A stretch of DNA of 64,000 bases from a bacterium (GCA_037144045.1 JBAWXN010000004.1:2839-66838), one strand, 5' to 3'. Shown: positions 46,190 through 56,091, counted from the first letter of the stretch. Numbers and translations: made by a program. Notes: generated by a model not told the origin, from the letters alone.

Positions 46190-46912
46190 TTAGCGTTTCC
46201 AATTATCGAGTACAATCGCGGTTGCAATTCCCACATTAAGCGATTCTGCGTGACCATACCGTGGAATAGTAATTTTCTGAGTAATATATTTTTCAAGGTC
46301 AGGATGAATACCATGCGATTCACTTCCCATGAGCAAGATTCCTTGATCAGGGAACGTATACGTATGTACATCTTCACCTGATAAATCAGCCCCAAGCACA
46401 GCGACTCCTTGATGATTTTCTAAAAATTCCTTAAGGTCTTCGTAATACACCTGCACCCGCGCAAATGAACCCTTGGTAGCACTAATTACTTTCGGGTTAT
46501 ACACATCAACCGTATTTTTTGACGCAACAATTTTTTTAATACCGTACCAATCAGCAATACGCAAAATGGTTCCTAAATTCCCTGGGTCATTTACATCTGA
46601 CAATGCGAGCACGATTTCGTTTTCTAGTGAAAATGCAGGTACTTCTTTCTGGTGAAAAATTCCAATTGCTTTATCATTTGATGACAAGGTTCCCAGTTTT
46701 TCTAATCCTGTTTTTTTAACTTCGTGAATTTTTTCAGCAATATGTTTCACTTCAGATTTATGATCGAATAGAAATTCAGAAGACGCTACAAGCGCCTCAA
46801 GTTTGTAATCAGATACCAGGAACTCTAAAACACTTACTTCTCCTTCTACGAGGAATAATTTATGTTCGTTTCGCCCTTTTTTATCATGGAGTTCCTTGAT
46901 TAATTTCTTCAT
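46190..46912 (-). CDS. SpoU/TrmH-family RNA 2'-O-methyltransferase
   Basis: 240 aa; SPOUT motifs (DPGNLGTILR, LLMGSESHGI, ESLNVGIATAI). Confidence 0.75.
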   Translation of the reverse strand: MKKLIKELHDKKGRNEHKLFLVEGEVSVLEFLVSDYKLEALVASSEFLFDHKSEVKHIAEKIHEVKKTGLEKLGTLSSNDKAIGIFHQKEVPAFSLENEIVLALSDVNDPGNLGTILRIADWYGIKKIVASKNTVDVYNPKVISATKGSFARVQVYYEDLKEFLENHQGVAVLGADLSGEDVHTYTFPDQGILLMGSESHGIHPDLEKYITQKITIPRYGHAESLNVGIATAIVLDNWKR

Positions 46913-47610
46913 GCATCTGTTATACCATACCTTAATTGATTATGCATTTCAGGATGATTAACCAGATATTCCTGTAATTTTTCAGCCACAATTTCATCTT
47001 GAGACAAAACTTTTTTATTGAGATACCTATTTCTTAAATATTCTTTAAGCACACAGTAGTGCGTACACGCAAGCACGATTACCTCATAATCCATTGATAC
47101 TCCAATAACTTGATCAACTACTTGTTGTGCCGTATTCATATCGCCCTGCTCAATCAAAAGTGCAAGTTTAGGAATTGGAATACTTACTACCTGTTTGACA
47201 GCCTGTCGTGATTTTAATTCGTCTTCATACCTCTGTGATGCAACTGTGCTTTCTGTTGCTAACAATAAAAATTTTGTTTCGGGTAACTCATCCATTACTT
47301 CTACGGTTGGAATAACTACCCCGAGCACTTTCCTATCTGAATATTTTTTCTGAACCAATTCATCTTGAATAACTCTTACCAATCGAACTGATAATGTATT
47401 ACACGCAACAATGACCAGGGCACATCCTTGATTAAATAACGCAATAATATTTTCTTCAAGGAGCTTTCGGAGTACTTCTTCAGACTTGTTTCCATAAGGC
47501 ATGTTTTGGGCATCATTACGAATAATAATTGAATATTCAGGATGGAGCCGAGAAAAATAATCGGCAACCAATTTTCCACCTAATCCTGAATCAAAAAAGC
47601 CAATATGCAT
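46909..47610 (-). CDS. murI: glutamate racemase
   Basis: FFDSGLGG, ACNTLS and LACTHY catalytic Cys motifs. Confidence 0.85.
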   Translation of the reverse strand: MHIGFFDSGLGGKLVADYFSRLHPEYSIIIRNDAQNMPYGNKSEEVLRKLLEENIIALFNQGCALVIVACNTLSVRLVRVIQDELVQKKYSDRKVLGVVIPTVEVMDELPETKFLLLATESTVASQRYEDELKSRQAVKQVVSIPIPKLALLIEQGDMNTAQQVVDQVIGVSMDYEVIVLACTHYCVLKEYLRNRYLNKKVLSQDEIVAEKLQEYLVNHPEMHNQLRYGITDA

Positions 47611-47642
47611 AGTTCTATAGTAAAAGAGTTATTATAAAAAAA

Positions 47643-47660
47643 CCCTTGACGATACAAGGG
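47643..47660 (-). terminator. rho-independent terminator after murB
   Basis: cccttgacgatacaaggg with a T-run on minus. Confidence 0.5.
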
Positions 47661-47673
47661 TTTTTATTGATTA

Positions 47674-48588
47674 CTACCATTCACCAATCATCTGTATTTC
47701 TGTTTCAAGCATTATTCCTGTTCTTTCAAACACTACTTGTTGCACATGATTAATAACATACTTAATAGCGGTTGCTGTAGCATTTCCTGTATGAGTAATA
47801 AAATTAGGATGTTTGACTGATACTTGAACACCTCGATACTGAAAGCCTTTTAGTCCACATTGGTCTATCAGTTTTGCAGCAGCAATGTCGTGCACTTTTT
47901 TGAACACCGATCCGCACGAATAATAGGTATCCAGTGACGGATGGCGCGCATTACGCCAAGTTAAATTTTCTTGCACTTGATGAACAATGGTCTCATGTGT
48001 TGACTTCTGAAGCTGAAACACCGCATCAATGACTACATGATTACCCTGGTGGAGTATTGAAGTATCATATCCAAACGTAAAATCTTTTTTGTAAAATATT
48101 TGCTCCTGCCCTGTTGCCATATTCAAAACGGCCGCATGATGTACTACTTCTTCGATAAAAAAAGTTCCGGATCTGTCAGGATTTAAAAAGTGTAAATTTT
48201 GCCAAAGCGCTCCTCCAACAGTGCTTGGAATACCTGCAAAATGTTCAAGTCCAGATAGTTCGTATTTTTTTGAAACATCAATGAGCGATTGAATCGTTGC
48301 ACCCGAACCTGTATGTAATAAATAAGTCTTAATAGGTTCATTAGTACTATCTACTTCTATACGACAATCACTGTATTCATTTTTAATAACAAGTCCACGA
48401 AACCCTTTATCAGAGACTAAAATATTTGCCCCCAATCCCAAAATAAAATAAGGGATTTTGTGTTGTTGTGCATACACAAGTGCTTCTATTAATTCAGTGC
48501 GTGATTTTGTAACCACAAATAAATCAGCTGGTCCGCCGACGCGATATGTAGTAAAAGGTCCTAAAGGGATATTATTCTGTAGTTTCAT
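47674..48588 (-). CDS. murB: UDP-N-acetylenolpyruvoylglucosamine reductase
   Basis: 304 aa; FAD-binding domain (FTTYRVGGPADLF...LGLGANILV) and MurB C-terminal domain. Confidence 0.85.
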   Translation of the reverse strand: MKLQNNIPLGPFTTYRVGGPADLFVVTKSRTELIEALVYAQQHKIPYFILGLGANILVSDKGFRGLVIKNEYSDCRIEVDSTNEPIKTYLLHTGSGATIQSLIDVSKKYELSGLEHFAGIPSTVGGALWQNLHFLNPDRSGTFFIEEVVHHAAVLNMATGQEQIFYKKDFTFGYDTSILHQGNHVVIDAVFQLQKSTHETIVHQVQENLTWRNARHPSLDTYYSCGSVFKKVHDIAAAKLIDQCGLKGFQYRGVQVSVKHPNFITHTGNATATAIKYVINHVQQVVFERTGIMLETEIQMIGEW

Positions 48589-48711
48589 AATTATTTTTAT
48601 TTAGCCTATAAAAAATCCCCCGACACGTCGAGGGAATTTAAGTTAAAGAATACTAAAATTAAGCTGTAAAGATCTTATTAAGAATCAATAATGCTATCGT
48701 AAAAAGAAAGT

Positions 48712-49095
48712 ATGCGACCCGTTTCCATTACTAACACTATTTCACTATTTTTTATTCACGATCACTTTAACTACGATCAGATAATAGCAACACTAAACAA
48801 GCAAGGTTTCGATCCTCTTACCGGAAATACTGTTATTCAAGAGCTCTACAAAAAACAAGACCTTTTGCCCTTACCCCGTAACGGTAATTACATTATTGGA
48901 TTAACCACCAAAAAACAAATGCAGCAAGTACCCTATCCATGTGGAACCATTCTCTATTATTATCCAATTATGTATGAAGTTACCCGCGGTCCCTATACTG
49001 GATACCACCTTGGCGAGTCATGTATATCTGAAAGTGGCTGCATAGACAACTTTATAAATTGCTACGTTATTGCAGTAAAAAACCCTTTACCATAA
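48712..49095 (+). CDS. hypothetical protein
   Basis: 127 aa ORF ending in a hairpin ccctttaccataaaggg; a terminator-like hairpin at 48607-48636 makes the gene call uncertain. Confidence 0.3.
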   Translation: MRPVSITNTISLFFIHDHFNYDQIIATLNKQGFDPLTGNTVIQELYKKQDLLPLPRNGNYIIGLTTKKQMQQVPYPCGTILYYYPIMYEVTRGPYTGYHLGESCISESGCIDNFINCYVIAVKNPLP

Positions 49096-49101
49096 AGGGT
49101 T

Positions 49102-50166
49102 TTATTTTATTATAACTGCTCGCCCCCTGGAAATCAGGATTCGTTCGTAGGCGCTTTCCTTACATACAAGGATCGCTTCACGAGTTGGTGCTGTGTCACA
49201 AAAATCATACGTTGTTTGTAGTGGTTCCGCATCAGAATAATACTGCCGGAATGAGCCTTGAGCTGCATAACAATACGTAATCATATCACCTGTAAAAATA
49301 TTACAATCAGGTGCAATATATATCTTGTGAGTATGGTAATACTTACTATGATCAGTGCGAGTACCACCTTTAGTATATTCATGGAACAGTCCACTCACAC
49401 ATGCACGATAATCAGTATCAGTAAAACCACGGCAAAAATTCTTCTCTGCATCTTGGACAGAAAAATCATTTTGTTCTAAATAGCTATGTCCGAGTGCGTG
49501 CATACACCCAAAACGCAATCTTCCTATTTCGAGTGCATGACACTGATTTTTTGCTTGATCAATTCCCTTTTCGTACGCAAGCTGCATTACATATCCATGG
49601 ACACACCCATCCTTTATGAGCGGTGGACACTGGGTGAGTAATTCATTAAAAGGAACACGCGCTGTAAAATAATCAGCACCTAAATGATGTAGATTGAGGG
49701 CATAATTTCTAAAATCACCGAATACAAAATTCATTGCGCGCAGTTCTGCAAGCTGTACTAATGCAGGTGCTGTAGTCGCGTGTTCAATAATACAACTCGT
49801 ATTAATAGAAATCGTTTTGCATTGAACCAATAATGATACGGCCTCGGTATGAGTGCTCATAATTACTATAAAACCTACAAACACGCTCACTATATTAAGT
49901 ACAAGCGAAGTAATGAAAGCCCTACCTATATTTTTCCAAGATCGAGTAAACCAAACTGTTTCAAAAACTACCACCCCTAATTCCATAACCCAAAGGTTTA
50001 CCTTAAACAACCGATATATTATTTGAGCAATAGGATTAGAAACCAGATTCGCAAAAAGAACCCTCTCGTCAGAAGGTCCCTCGTGCCAAAACTTTCGCAC
50101 TACGTATTTATTAATAAGGATTTCGATTACGAGCGTAATCAAAATGTTTACGAAAAAGAATTGCAT
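49102..50166 (-). CDS. membrane protein with a Cys/His-rich C-terminal domain
   Basis: N-terminal TM helices, then a region with more than 12 Cys and several His (GCMHALGHSY, CPPLIKDGCVHG); start at MQFFF. Confidence 0.45.
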   Translation of the reverse strand: MQFFFVNILITLVIEILINKYVVRKFWHEGPSDERVLFANLVSNPIAQIIYRLFKVNLWVMELGVVVFETVWFTRSWKNIGRAFITSLVLNIVSVFVGFIVIMSTHTEAVSLLVQCKTISINTSCIIEHATTAPALVQLAELRAMNFVFGDFRNYALNLHHLGADYFTARVPFNELLTQCPPLIKDGCVHGYVMQLAYEKGIDQAKNQCHALEIGRLRFGCMHALGHSYLEQNDFSVQDAEKNFCRGFTDTDYRACVSGLFHEYTKGGTRTDHSKYYHTHKIYIAPDCNIFTGDMITYCYAAQGSFRQYYSDAEPLQTTYDFCDTAPTREAILVCKESAYERILISRGRAVIIK

Positions 50167-50173
50167 GGAAATC

Positions 50174-50386
50174 TTACTTAGATTTTTTAAAGAAGAGGAA
50201 GTACACAATAATACCAATAATAAGGAGTCCTGCACCACTATCTACTGCTACACCAGACTGATATCCTGTCTGGTTCATAACAGGTCCAGGTTGGTTTTGC
50301 CCCGGATAAGGCAACACATCAGCACTTGCTAATACGGGCAATAATAATGAAAGCGTACCGATACTCATTGCATTGATTTTTTTCAT
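50174..50386 (-). CDS. small secreted protein with a C-terminal TM anchor and basic tail
   Basis: 70 aa; signal peptide MKKINAMSIGTLSLLLPVLASA, a Gly/Gln-rich middle, C-terminus SGAGLLIIGIIVYFLFFKKSK resembling a C-terminal sorting-signal architecture. Confidence 0.4.
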   Translation of the reverse strand: MKKINAMSIGTLSLLLPVLASADVLPYPGQNQPGPVMNQTGYQSGVAVDSGAGLLIIGIIVYFLFFKKSK

Positions 50387-50402
50387 ACAAAATAAGTATA
50401 CC

Positions 50403-50948
50403 TTATTCTTTAAATTTTTTCACCGCAAACCAAATAATTAACGCAAGTGCAATAGCAAGGATAATCACGCGCATCCAATTATCCGCGTCTGACCAATAAC
50501 GCCCTGACGCGATAATAAGTGACACTACCCCAGACCAAGAGAACCCAAGCGCTAATACTTCAATAGGAAGGAATATTCCTAACCCAAGCACTGCGAGCGA
50601 TAGTGCAATAAGCACTATAAATACATTTCTATTATAAATAGACAGTGTATGCGTATAGTCTTTATTGCATGTAAAATTCGGATCACACCACCCTAATGGT
50701 TCGCCACTTTTTACAGCTTCTGTTACTTGTTTAGGTGACAATGCATTGTTTTGCCATTGACCACCCGCGTTAACACAAGTAATTGCGTCGATATAATTAG
50801 TTACCTGATTAGAACAAAACGCATCAAATTTAGGCTCAGGATACACCATTGCAATAACATAATAAAAGAATAGATTAACTACAATTACTAATGCTACCGC
50901 TAATGTCCACTTGAGCACCTTTGAATGTGTTGGTTTGTTTGTTTCCAT
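50403..50948 (-). CDS. membrane protein with an extracytoplasmic Cys-containing domain
   Basis: N-terminal TM helix, a central domain with six Cys, two or three C-terminal TM helices. Confidence 0.45.
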   Translation of the reverse strand: METNKPTHSKVLKWTLAVALVIVVNLFFYYVIAMVYPEPKFDAFCSNQVTNYIDAITCVNAGGQWQNNALSPKQVTEAVKSGEPLGWCDPNFTCNKDYTHTLSIYNRNVFIVLIALSLAVLGLGIFLPIEVLALGFSWSGVVSLIIASGRYWSDADNWMRVIILAIALALIIWFAVKKFKE

Positions 50949-50975
50949 ATGAAAATAGTGTACCATACAATCTAT

Positions 50976-51386
50976 ATGGATCAGAACCCGTTTTCAATTG
51001 AATCTATTGCACTCAAAGCAACCAAATGGATTGGATCTCCGCAGTCACTTATTGTGCACACCATCCTTTTTGCAGGTGCCTTTATTGTTGCACTCCTCGG
51101 TATTCCTTTTGATCGAGTCCTCCTAGTACTGACCACCATTGTTTCGCTCGAAGCAATCTACTTGTCAATTTTTATCCAAATGTCAGTAAACCGAAACGAA
51201 AAACGCCTTGATCTTGTTTCGGAAGATATCGATGAGATTCAAGAAGACATTGAAGAGATTTCAGAAGATATTGAAGAGATTTCAGAAGATGTGGGAGAAA
51301 TTCAAGAAGACGTTGAACAAATCGAGAAAGACGTTGATGAGATTCAAGAAGACATTGACGAGATTCAAGAAGAAATAGAAGAATAA
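50976..51386 (+). CDS. DUF1003-family membrane protein with a C-terminal acidic heptad-repeat tail
   Basis: Two TM helices then IQMSVNRNEKRLD (the DUF1003 NRQ-type motif) and seven or more EDIxEIQ repeats. Confidence 0.6.
   Translation: MDQNPFSIESIALKATKWIGSPQSLIVHTILFAGAFIVALLGIPFDRVLLVLTTIVSLEAIYLSIFIQMSVNRNEKRLDLVSEDIDEIQEDIEEISEDIEEISEDVGEIQEDVEQIEKDVDEIQEDIDEIQEEIEE
51222..51383 (+). repeat. tandem 21 bp coding repeat (about 7.7 copies) encoding E-D-I/V-x-E-I-Q/S heptads
   Basis: gaagatatcgatgagattcaa / gaagacattgaagagatttca / gaagatattgaagagatttca ... in frame within the DUF1003 gene. Confidence 0.8.
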
Positions 51387-51394
51387 AAAAACAC

Positions 51395-51907
51395 CTAGTT
51401 GGTGTTTTTTTCTGTCCAATCAATCATTGCTTGAATCGTTTTTGTAGCCACCTGCCCAGTCGCCGTTATTTTATTCTGTGTCTGGAATTTTTTAACGTCT
51501 GCCTCAAGGGTCTTTCCAAAGTCATTATCTATTTTGAGTGTTTTCTTGAAATATGTATTCATGAATGTTTGCACCGTACCTACTGCTGCACCCCTACTTC
51601 CTTTTTTCAAAACTATTTTTTGATCAAGTAGCTTTTGTAATTGTGATTGGAGTGAACTATCTAAGGCAGTGGCTGTTGTGGTCACTGAAGAACTGACTGC
51701 TGTGGTTGTCGCGATAACCGTTTCATGGGTATAGCGAATCGAATCAGAATCAGTACTTGTGGCAAGTTTGTGTAAATCGCCAATCTTTTCATTGTCTTGA
51801 ACCATGTAAGTTTTAGGGTTTTTCAAACTCGTTAATGCAAAATAACCACCATATCCAAGGAGTCCAATAATAACCAAGGTAGCTAATGTGAATCCGAATT
51901 GTTTCAT
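51395..51907 (-). CDS. membrane-anchored protein with a peptidoglycan-binding (PG_binding_1-like) domain
   Basis: N-terminal TM helix, a Thr/Ser-rich linker, C-terminal LKKGSRGAAVGTVQTFMN...VDGKFG...T..A.. pattern. Confidence 0.55.
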   Translation of the reverse strand: MKQFGFTLATLVIIGLLGYGGYFALTSLKNPKTYMVQDNEKIGDLHKLATSTDSDSIRYTHETVIATTTAVSSSVTTTATALDSSLQSQLQKLLDQKIVLKKGSRGAAVGTVQTFMNTYFKKTLKIDNDFGKTLEADVKKFQTQNKITATGQVATKTIQAMIDWTEKNTN

Positions 51908-51963
51908 GCCTATAGTATATCAGAATACTTGAACAAAAAAAGTAAGTATGCTATACTGCTCGC

Positions 51964-52197
51964 ATGAATACGATTACTCAGGTACTCCCTTGGTTTCAAC
52001 TCGTCCTCTCTCTTCTTCTTATTATTCTTGTTCTACTTCAACGAAGTGCGGACGGTATTGAAGGAGCATTGGGTGGAAGTGCGTCTAATATGACCTATTT
52101 TGCCCGACGAGGCGCTGAACGATTTCTTTTTATTGGAACGATTGTTATTGCAATCTTGTTCTCGATTTCAGCATTGTTACCATTGATTATAAAATAA
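51964..52197 (+). CDS. secG: preprotein translocase subunit SecG
   Basis: 77 aa; two TM helices and the VLLQRS...G motif characteristic of SecG. Confidence 0.65.
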   Translation: MNTITQVLPWFQLVLSLLLIILVLLQRSADGIEGALGGSASNMTYFARRGAERFLFIGTIVIAILFSISALLPLIIK

Positions 52198-52286
52198 ACA
52201 GATTCGTTCTGGTTATTTTTCGTACCTTATTCTGTTAAGAGTGAATCTGTATTCTCTATTACTCACTTTTACTTTTCATTTATTTT

Positions 52287-54032
52287 GTGAAAAAAAATAT
52301 CTTCTCATTTTCAACCACTCGGGAACGTATCGCTCGCCTTAGCCTCCGCGGAAGGGTTTTCTTTGCGACCTCCCTTGCATTGCTCGTTATTGGTGCTTGC
52401 GGTGCCTTGGTTTCTTTTTCTAATCGATTTACTACCGAAGTACCTCAGTTTGGTGGAACCTACCACGAAGGAATTGTGGGAATACCTCGTTTTATAAATC
52501 CAGTACTTGCAAATTCAGATGCAGACCATGACCTTACCAGTCTGGTATTTAGTGGACTTGTACGAAAAGGCCCCGATGGTGCCCTTATTCCCGACTTAGC
52601 TCAAGAATGGACCATTTCAGCAGATGGAAAAACATACACTGTTACCCTTAAGCCTGGTAGTGTTTTTCATGACGGAACCCCCCTTACCCCAGAAGACATT
52701 ATTTTCACCGTAACTAAAATTCAGGATCCAAGTATTAAAAGTCCTCTTCGTGTGGCTTGGGACGGAGTTACTATTACATCACCCGATGAACAAACAGTAG
52801 TCTTTACCTTACAAAAACCCTACGCAGGATTTTTACAACAATTAACTCTTGGGATACTCCCTGAAAAATTATGGCAACTCGTTCCTGTTGATGCGTGGCA
52901 GACCAGTGTCTACAACAGCGAAGCTATTGGAACAGGTCCTTACATGATTAAAAACATTTCACGAAATAAATCAGGAGTACCTCAATTGTTTACCTTGAAA
53001 GCATTTTCTCAATTTGTTCTCGGTAAGCCTTATATGAAGAATGTAGTAATAGAGACCTTTGCTAAAAAAACAGACGCTTATGAAGCACTTGCAAATAATT
53101 CTATCGATGAACTTGCTATGGTTGATTCGAGCGATGTTGATCAAACAGCGCCAAACACCCATACTATAATTACTAAATCATTGCCTCGAGTATTTGGATT
53201 ATTCTTCAACCCATCAAAAAATAAACTCTTTGCTGATCCAGCTCTTATCAAGGCACTCAATTTAGCTACTGATAAAAAGTCACTTATCGATCATATTTTT
53301 GACGGTTACGGAACACCGCTCAGTGGACCACTTCCTGAATCGCTAGATAGTAGCGCTTCAGATTTCGCAGCGAAGCAAGCACTTGCCAAAAGTCTCCTCG
53401 ATAAAGCAGGGTGGAAAGTAAACCCAGCTACAGGAATTCGCGAAAAAACAACCAGTACTACTACAGGAACTGGCAAGAAACAAACAACTCAAACCAGTAA
53501 ACAAACCCTTGCATTTACCCTTTCAACTGCAAACACTAATGACCTTGAAGCATCTGCTCAATTACTTGCAGAACAATATAAGGAAATTGGCGTAGCAGTA
53601 ACGGTTAAAGTATTTGAAATTGGAACCTTGAATGAAAATAGTATTCGTGGACGTGATTTCGAGGTATTACTGTTTGGACAAGTAATTAAACACGATACCG
53701 ATATTTTTGCATTCTGGCACTCATCCCAAAAGGCAACTCCGGGACTCAACATTACTGGGTACACTAATAAACAAGTGGACACCCTTCTTGAATCAGCTAT
53801 TAAAGAAACTGATCATGAGAAACGATTCGCATTGTACAAGAAAATTTCTGACCAACTCGCTACAGACGCTCCTGTAATATTCCTGTATACCCCTGACGCT
53901 ATCGCAATCATGAGTAGTCGAGTTCGTAATCCTGTAATGCCCCCTATTGCAACGCCAAGTGATCGTTTTTCACTTATTTATCAATGGTATCTCTATACAG
54001 ATCATGTTTGGAATATCTTCATTAATCATTAA
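52287..54032 (+). CDS. ABC transporter substrate-binding protein, family 5 (peptide/nickel); orphan (no permease genes adjacent)
   Basis: 581 aa with a signal anchor; family-5 SBP core (YTVTLKPGSVFHDGTPLTPEDIIFT). Confidence 0.75.
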   Translation: MKKNIFSFSTTRERIARLSLRGRVFFATSLALLVIGACGALVSFSNRFTTEVPQFGGTYHEGIVGIPRFINPVLANSDADHDLTSLVFSGLVRKGPDGALIPDLAQEWTISADGKTYTVTLKPGSVFHDGTPLTPEDIIFTVTKIQDPSIKSPLRVAWDGVTITSPDEQTVVFTLQKPYAGFLQQLTLGILPEKLWQLVPVDAWQTSVYNSEAIGTGPYMIKNISRNKSGVPQLFTLKAFSQFVLGKPYMKNVVIETFAKKTDAYEALANNSIDELAMVDSSDVDQTAPNTHTIITKSLPRVFGLFFNPSKNKLFADPALIKALNLATDKKSLIDHIFDGYGTPLSGPLPESLDSSASDFAAKQALAKSLLDKAGWKVNPATGIREKTTSTTTGTGKKQTTQTSKQTLAFTLSTANTNDLEASAQLLAEQYKEIGVAVTVKVFEIGTLNENSIRGRDFEVLLFGQVIKHDTDIFAFWHSSQKATPGLNITGYTNKQVDTLLESAIKETDHEKRFALYKKISDQLATDAPVIFLYTPDAIAIMSSRVRNPVMPPIATPSDRFSLIYQWYLYTDHVWNIFINH

Positions 54033-54037
54033 TCTTT

Positions 54038-56083
54038 ATGAATCAAAATCCTAATAACCCAACCGGTGGGCATCACGGAGAATTCCAAGCGAAATCTGCG
54101 CATCCCCCGAAAAATAGTACCTATCGCCCTAACGACCGTGCACACCAAAACAATCGTACGTTCGTATATCGCAAGGACACATCGCTTGAATCAATTGAAC
54201 AAGCACTTAATAAAATTGCTCTTCCTCCGGTAAAATCTCCTGAAGGAACTACGGCACCCGCCACACGAAGTGATAAGCGTGGGTCTTTCCACGCGAAACG
54301 AATGAATAATCGAGGTGACCGTCGCAAACCTCGAGGGTTCGACCAGCCTCGTATTCGTGATGACCGACCAGGATCCTCTCGAAAAAATGACATCATTCCT
54401 CCACTTAAAAAAGGTGATGTGCGTGTTGTAGTAATCGGTGGAGTTGAAAAAATTGGAGCCGTGAACATGACCGTAGTTGAATACATGGACGAAATTGTAG
54501 TAATCGACGCTGGATTCCAGTTTACCGATGACGATACTCCAGGAATCGACTTTATGATTCCTAACACGAAATATTTAGAAGACCGCAAGCACATGATCAA
54601 AGGACTCGCGATTACCCACGGACACCTTGACCACATCGGTTCCCTTTCTTTTGTTATGGAAGCGCTCGGCAACCCTCCTATCTATACTATGGAATTCGGT
54701 GCCATGCTTATTAAAAAGCGCCACGAAGAATATCCCCACCTTCCAGAACTCAATATTAAAATTGTAGATAAAGGTGACGGAGCCATTCCTCTTTCTGAAC
54801 ATCTTAAAATTCGATTCTTCGGAATTACGCACAGTATCCCCGATTCAGCGGGAGTTATTGTTGAAACCCCTTTTGGTGATGTGGTATCAACCGGTGACGT
54901 ACGCGTAGAAAACGATAACGGTATTCCAACCGAAGAAGAAGTACAGCAATATAAATTCTTTAAGGATCGCGAGGTGCTCCTCATGACCCTCGATTCAACC
55001 GGTATTGATAAACCAGGTTGGACTATTTCTGAAAAAGTTGTAGCTGATACCGTTGATAAAATTATTCGAGACACGAAAGGACGATTACTCATTGCAACTT
55101 TTGCTTCTCAAGTTGAACGTATTATTGCATTCCTTGAATCAGCAAAACGGTATGGACGCGTCGTAGTAATTGAAGGACGCGCAATGAAGACTAACATGGC
55201 TATTGTGAAGCATTTAAACCTCACCAACTTCGACCACATTGTAGATGTTGAAGATATGCATAAATATCCTCAAAACAAAATCATGATGCTCGTAACCGGT
55301 GGACAAGGTGAACAATACTCAATTCTTGACCGTGTATCAAAAGGAACTCACAAATATTTGAAACTTGAAAAGAGTGACACTATTGTATTTTCATCATCAG
55401 TAATTCCTGGTAATGAAGGCACCGTAGATGCTCTTAAGGATGCCTTGTATAAAAAAGATCCAAAGATCATTACCTACCAAGACTCAGAAGTACACGCCTC
55501 AGGTCACGGAAAACGAGGTGAACTTGAATGGGTTCATAAACAAATTAATTACAAGTATTTCATGCCGGTTCACGGAAACTATGCACGTCTCATGATGCAC
55601 CGTGACCTGGTTGAAAACCTTGGTATTAAACGAGAACAAGTAATTATTCCTGATGGAAATGGAACAATTATTGAATTTAGTAATGGTGGTAATACTATGA
55701 ACGTATTAGCTGCAAAAGCACCTCACGAAACGATTGCCGTAGAAGGTACTCGCATCGGAGAACTTCAAGAAGTAGTAATTCGTGATCGAAAACTACTCTT
55801 GGAATCTGGAGTATTTAACATTTTTGCCGTTATCGATGAAAAAACCGGTAAACTTAAAAAGTCACCTGATATTTTCTCTCGAGGATTTGTTTATATTCGT
55901 GAAAACCAAGAACTCTTCCATAAGGTTCGTGGACTGGTTAAAAAAGTAATTGAAGATCGCACGGTTGATCCTAATTATTCAATTGACGACCTGAAAGAAG
56001 AACTCATTGAAAAGATTGAACGATTCCTTCTTCAGAAGACTGGTAAAAAGCCAATCGTTATGGCAGCAATTGTTACTTTCTAA
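54038..56083 (+). CDS. rnj: ribonuclease J with a long basic N-terminal extension
   Basis: Metallo-beta-lactamase HxHxDH (ITHGHLDHIG), beta-CASP and RNase J C-terminal domains; the first ~120 residues are R/K/P-rich, low-complexity and absent from canonical RNase J. Confidence 0.85.
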   Translation: MNQNPNNPTGGHHGEFQAKSAHPPKNSTYRPNDRAHQNNRTFVYRKDTSLESIEQALNKIALPPVKSPEGTTAPATRSDKRGSFHAKRMNNRGDRRKPRGFDQPRIRDDRPGSSRKNDIIPPLKKGDVRVVVIGGVEKIGAVNMTVVEYMDEIVVIDAGFQFTDDDTPGIDFMIPNTKYLEDRKHMIKGLAITHGHLDHIGSLSFVMEALGNPPIYTMEFGAMLIKKRHEEYPHLPELNIKIVDKGDGAIPLSEHLKIRFFGITHSIPDSAGVIVETPFGDVVSTGDVRVENDNGIPTEEEVQQYKFFKDREVLLMTLDSTGIDKPGWTISEKVVADTVDKIIRDTKGRLLIATFASQVERIIAFLESAKRYGRVVVIEGRAMKTNMAIVKHLNLTNFDHIVDVEDMHKYPQNKIMMLVTGGQGEQYSILDRVSKGTHKYLKLEKSDTIVFSSSVIPGNEGTVDALKDALYKKDPKIITYQDSEVHASGHGKRGELEWVHKQINYKYFMPVHGNYARLMMHRDLVENLGIKREQVIIPDGNGTIIEFSNGGNTMNVLAAKAPHETIAVEGTRIGELQEVVIRDRKLLLESGVFNIFAVIDEKTGKLKKSPDIFSRGFVYIRENQELFHKVRGLVKKVIEDRTVDPNYSIDDLKEELIEKIERFLLQKTGKKPIVMAAIVTF

Positions 56084-56091
56084 CACCGAGA

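Noticed and set aside
51222-51386. Regularly spaced 21 bp direct repeats that could look like a CRISPR array
   Set aside because: The units are contiguous (no spacers), in-frame and encode an acidic heptad repeat within the DUF1003 gene. No cas genes or leader are present.
54121-55092. Two minus-strand ORFs (183 aa and 136 aa) inside the rnj locus
   Set aside because: They are antisense to the strongly supported RNase J coding sequence.
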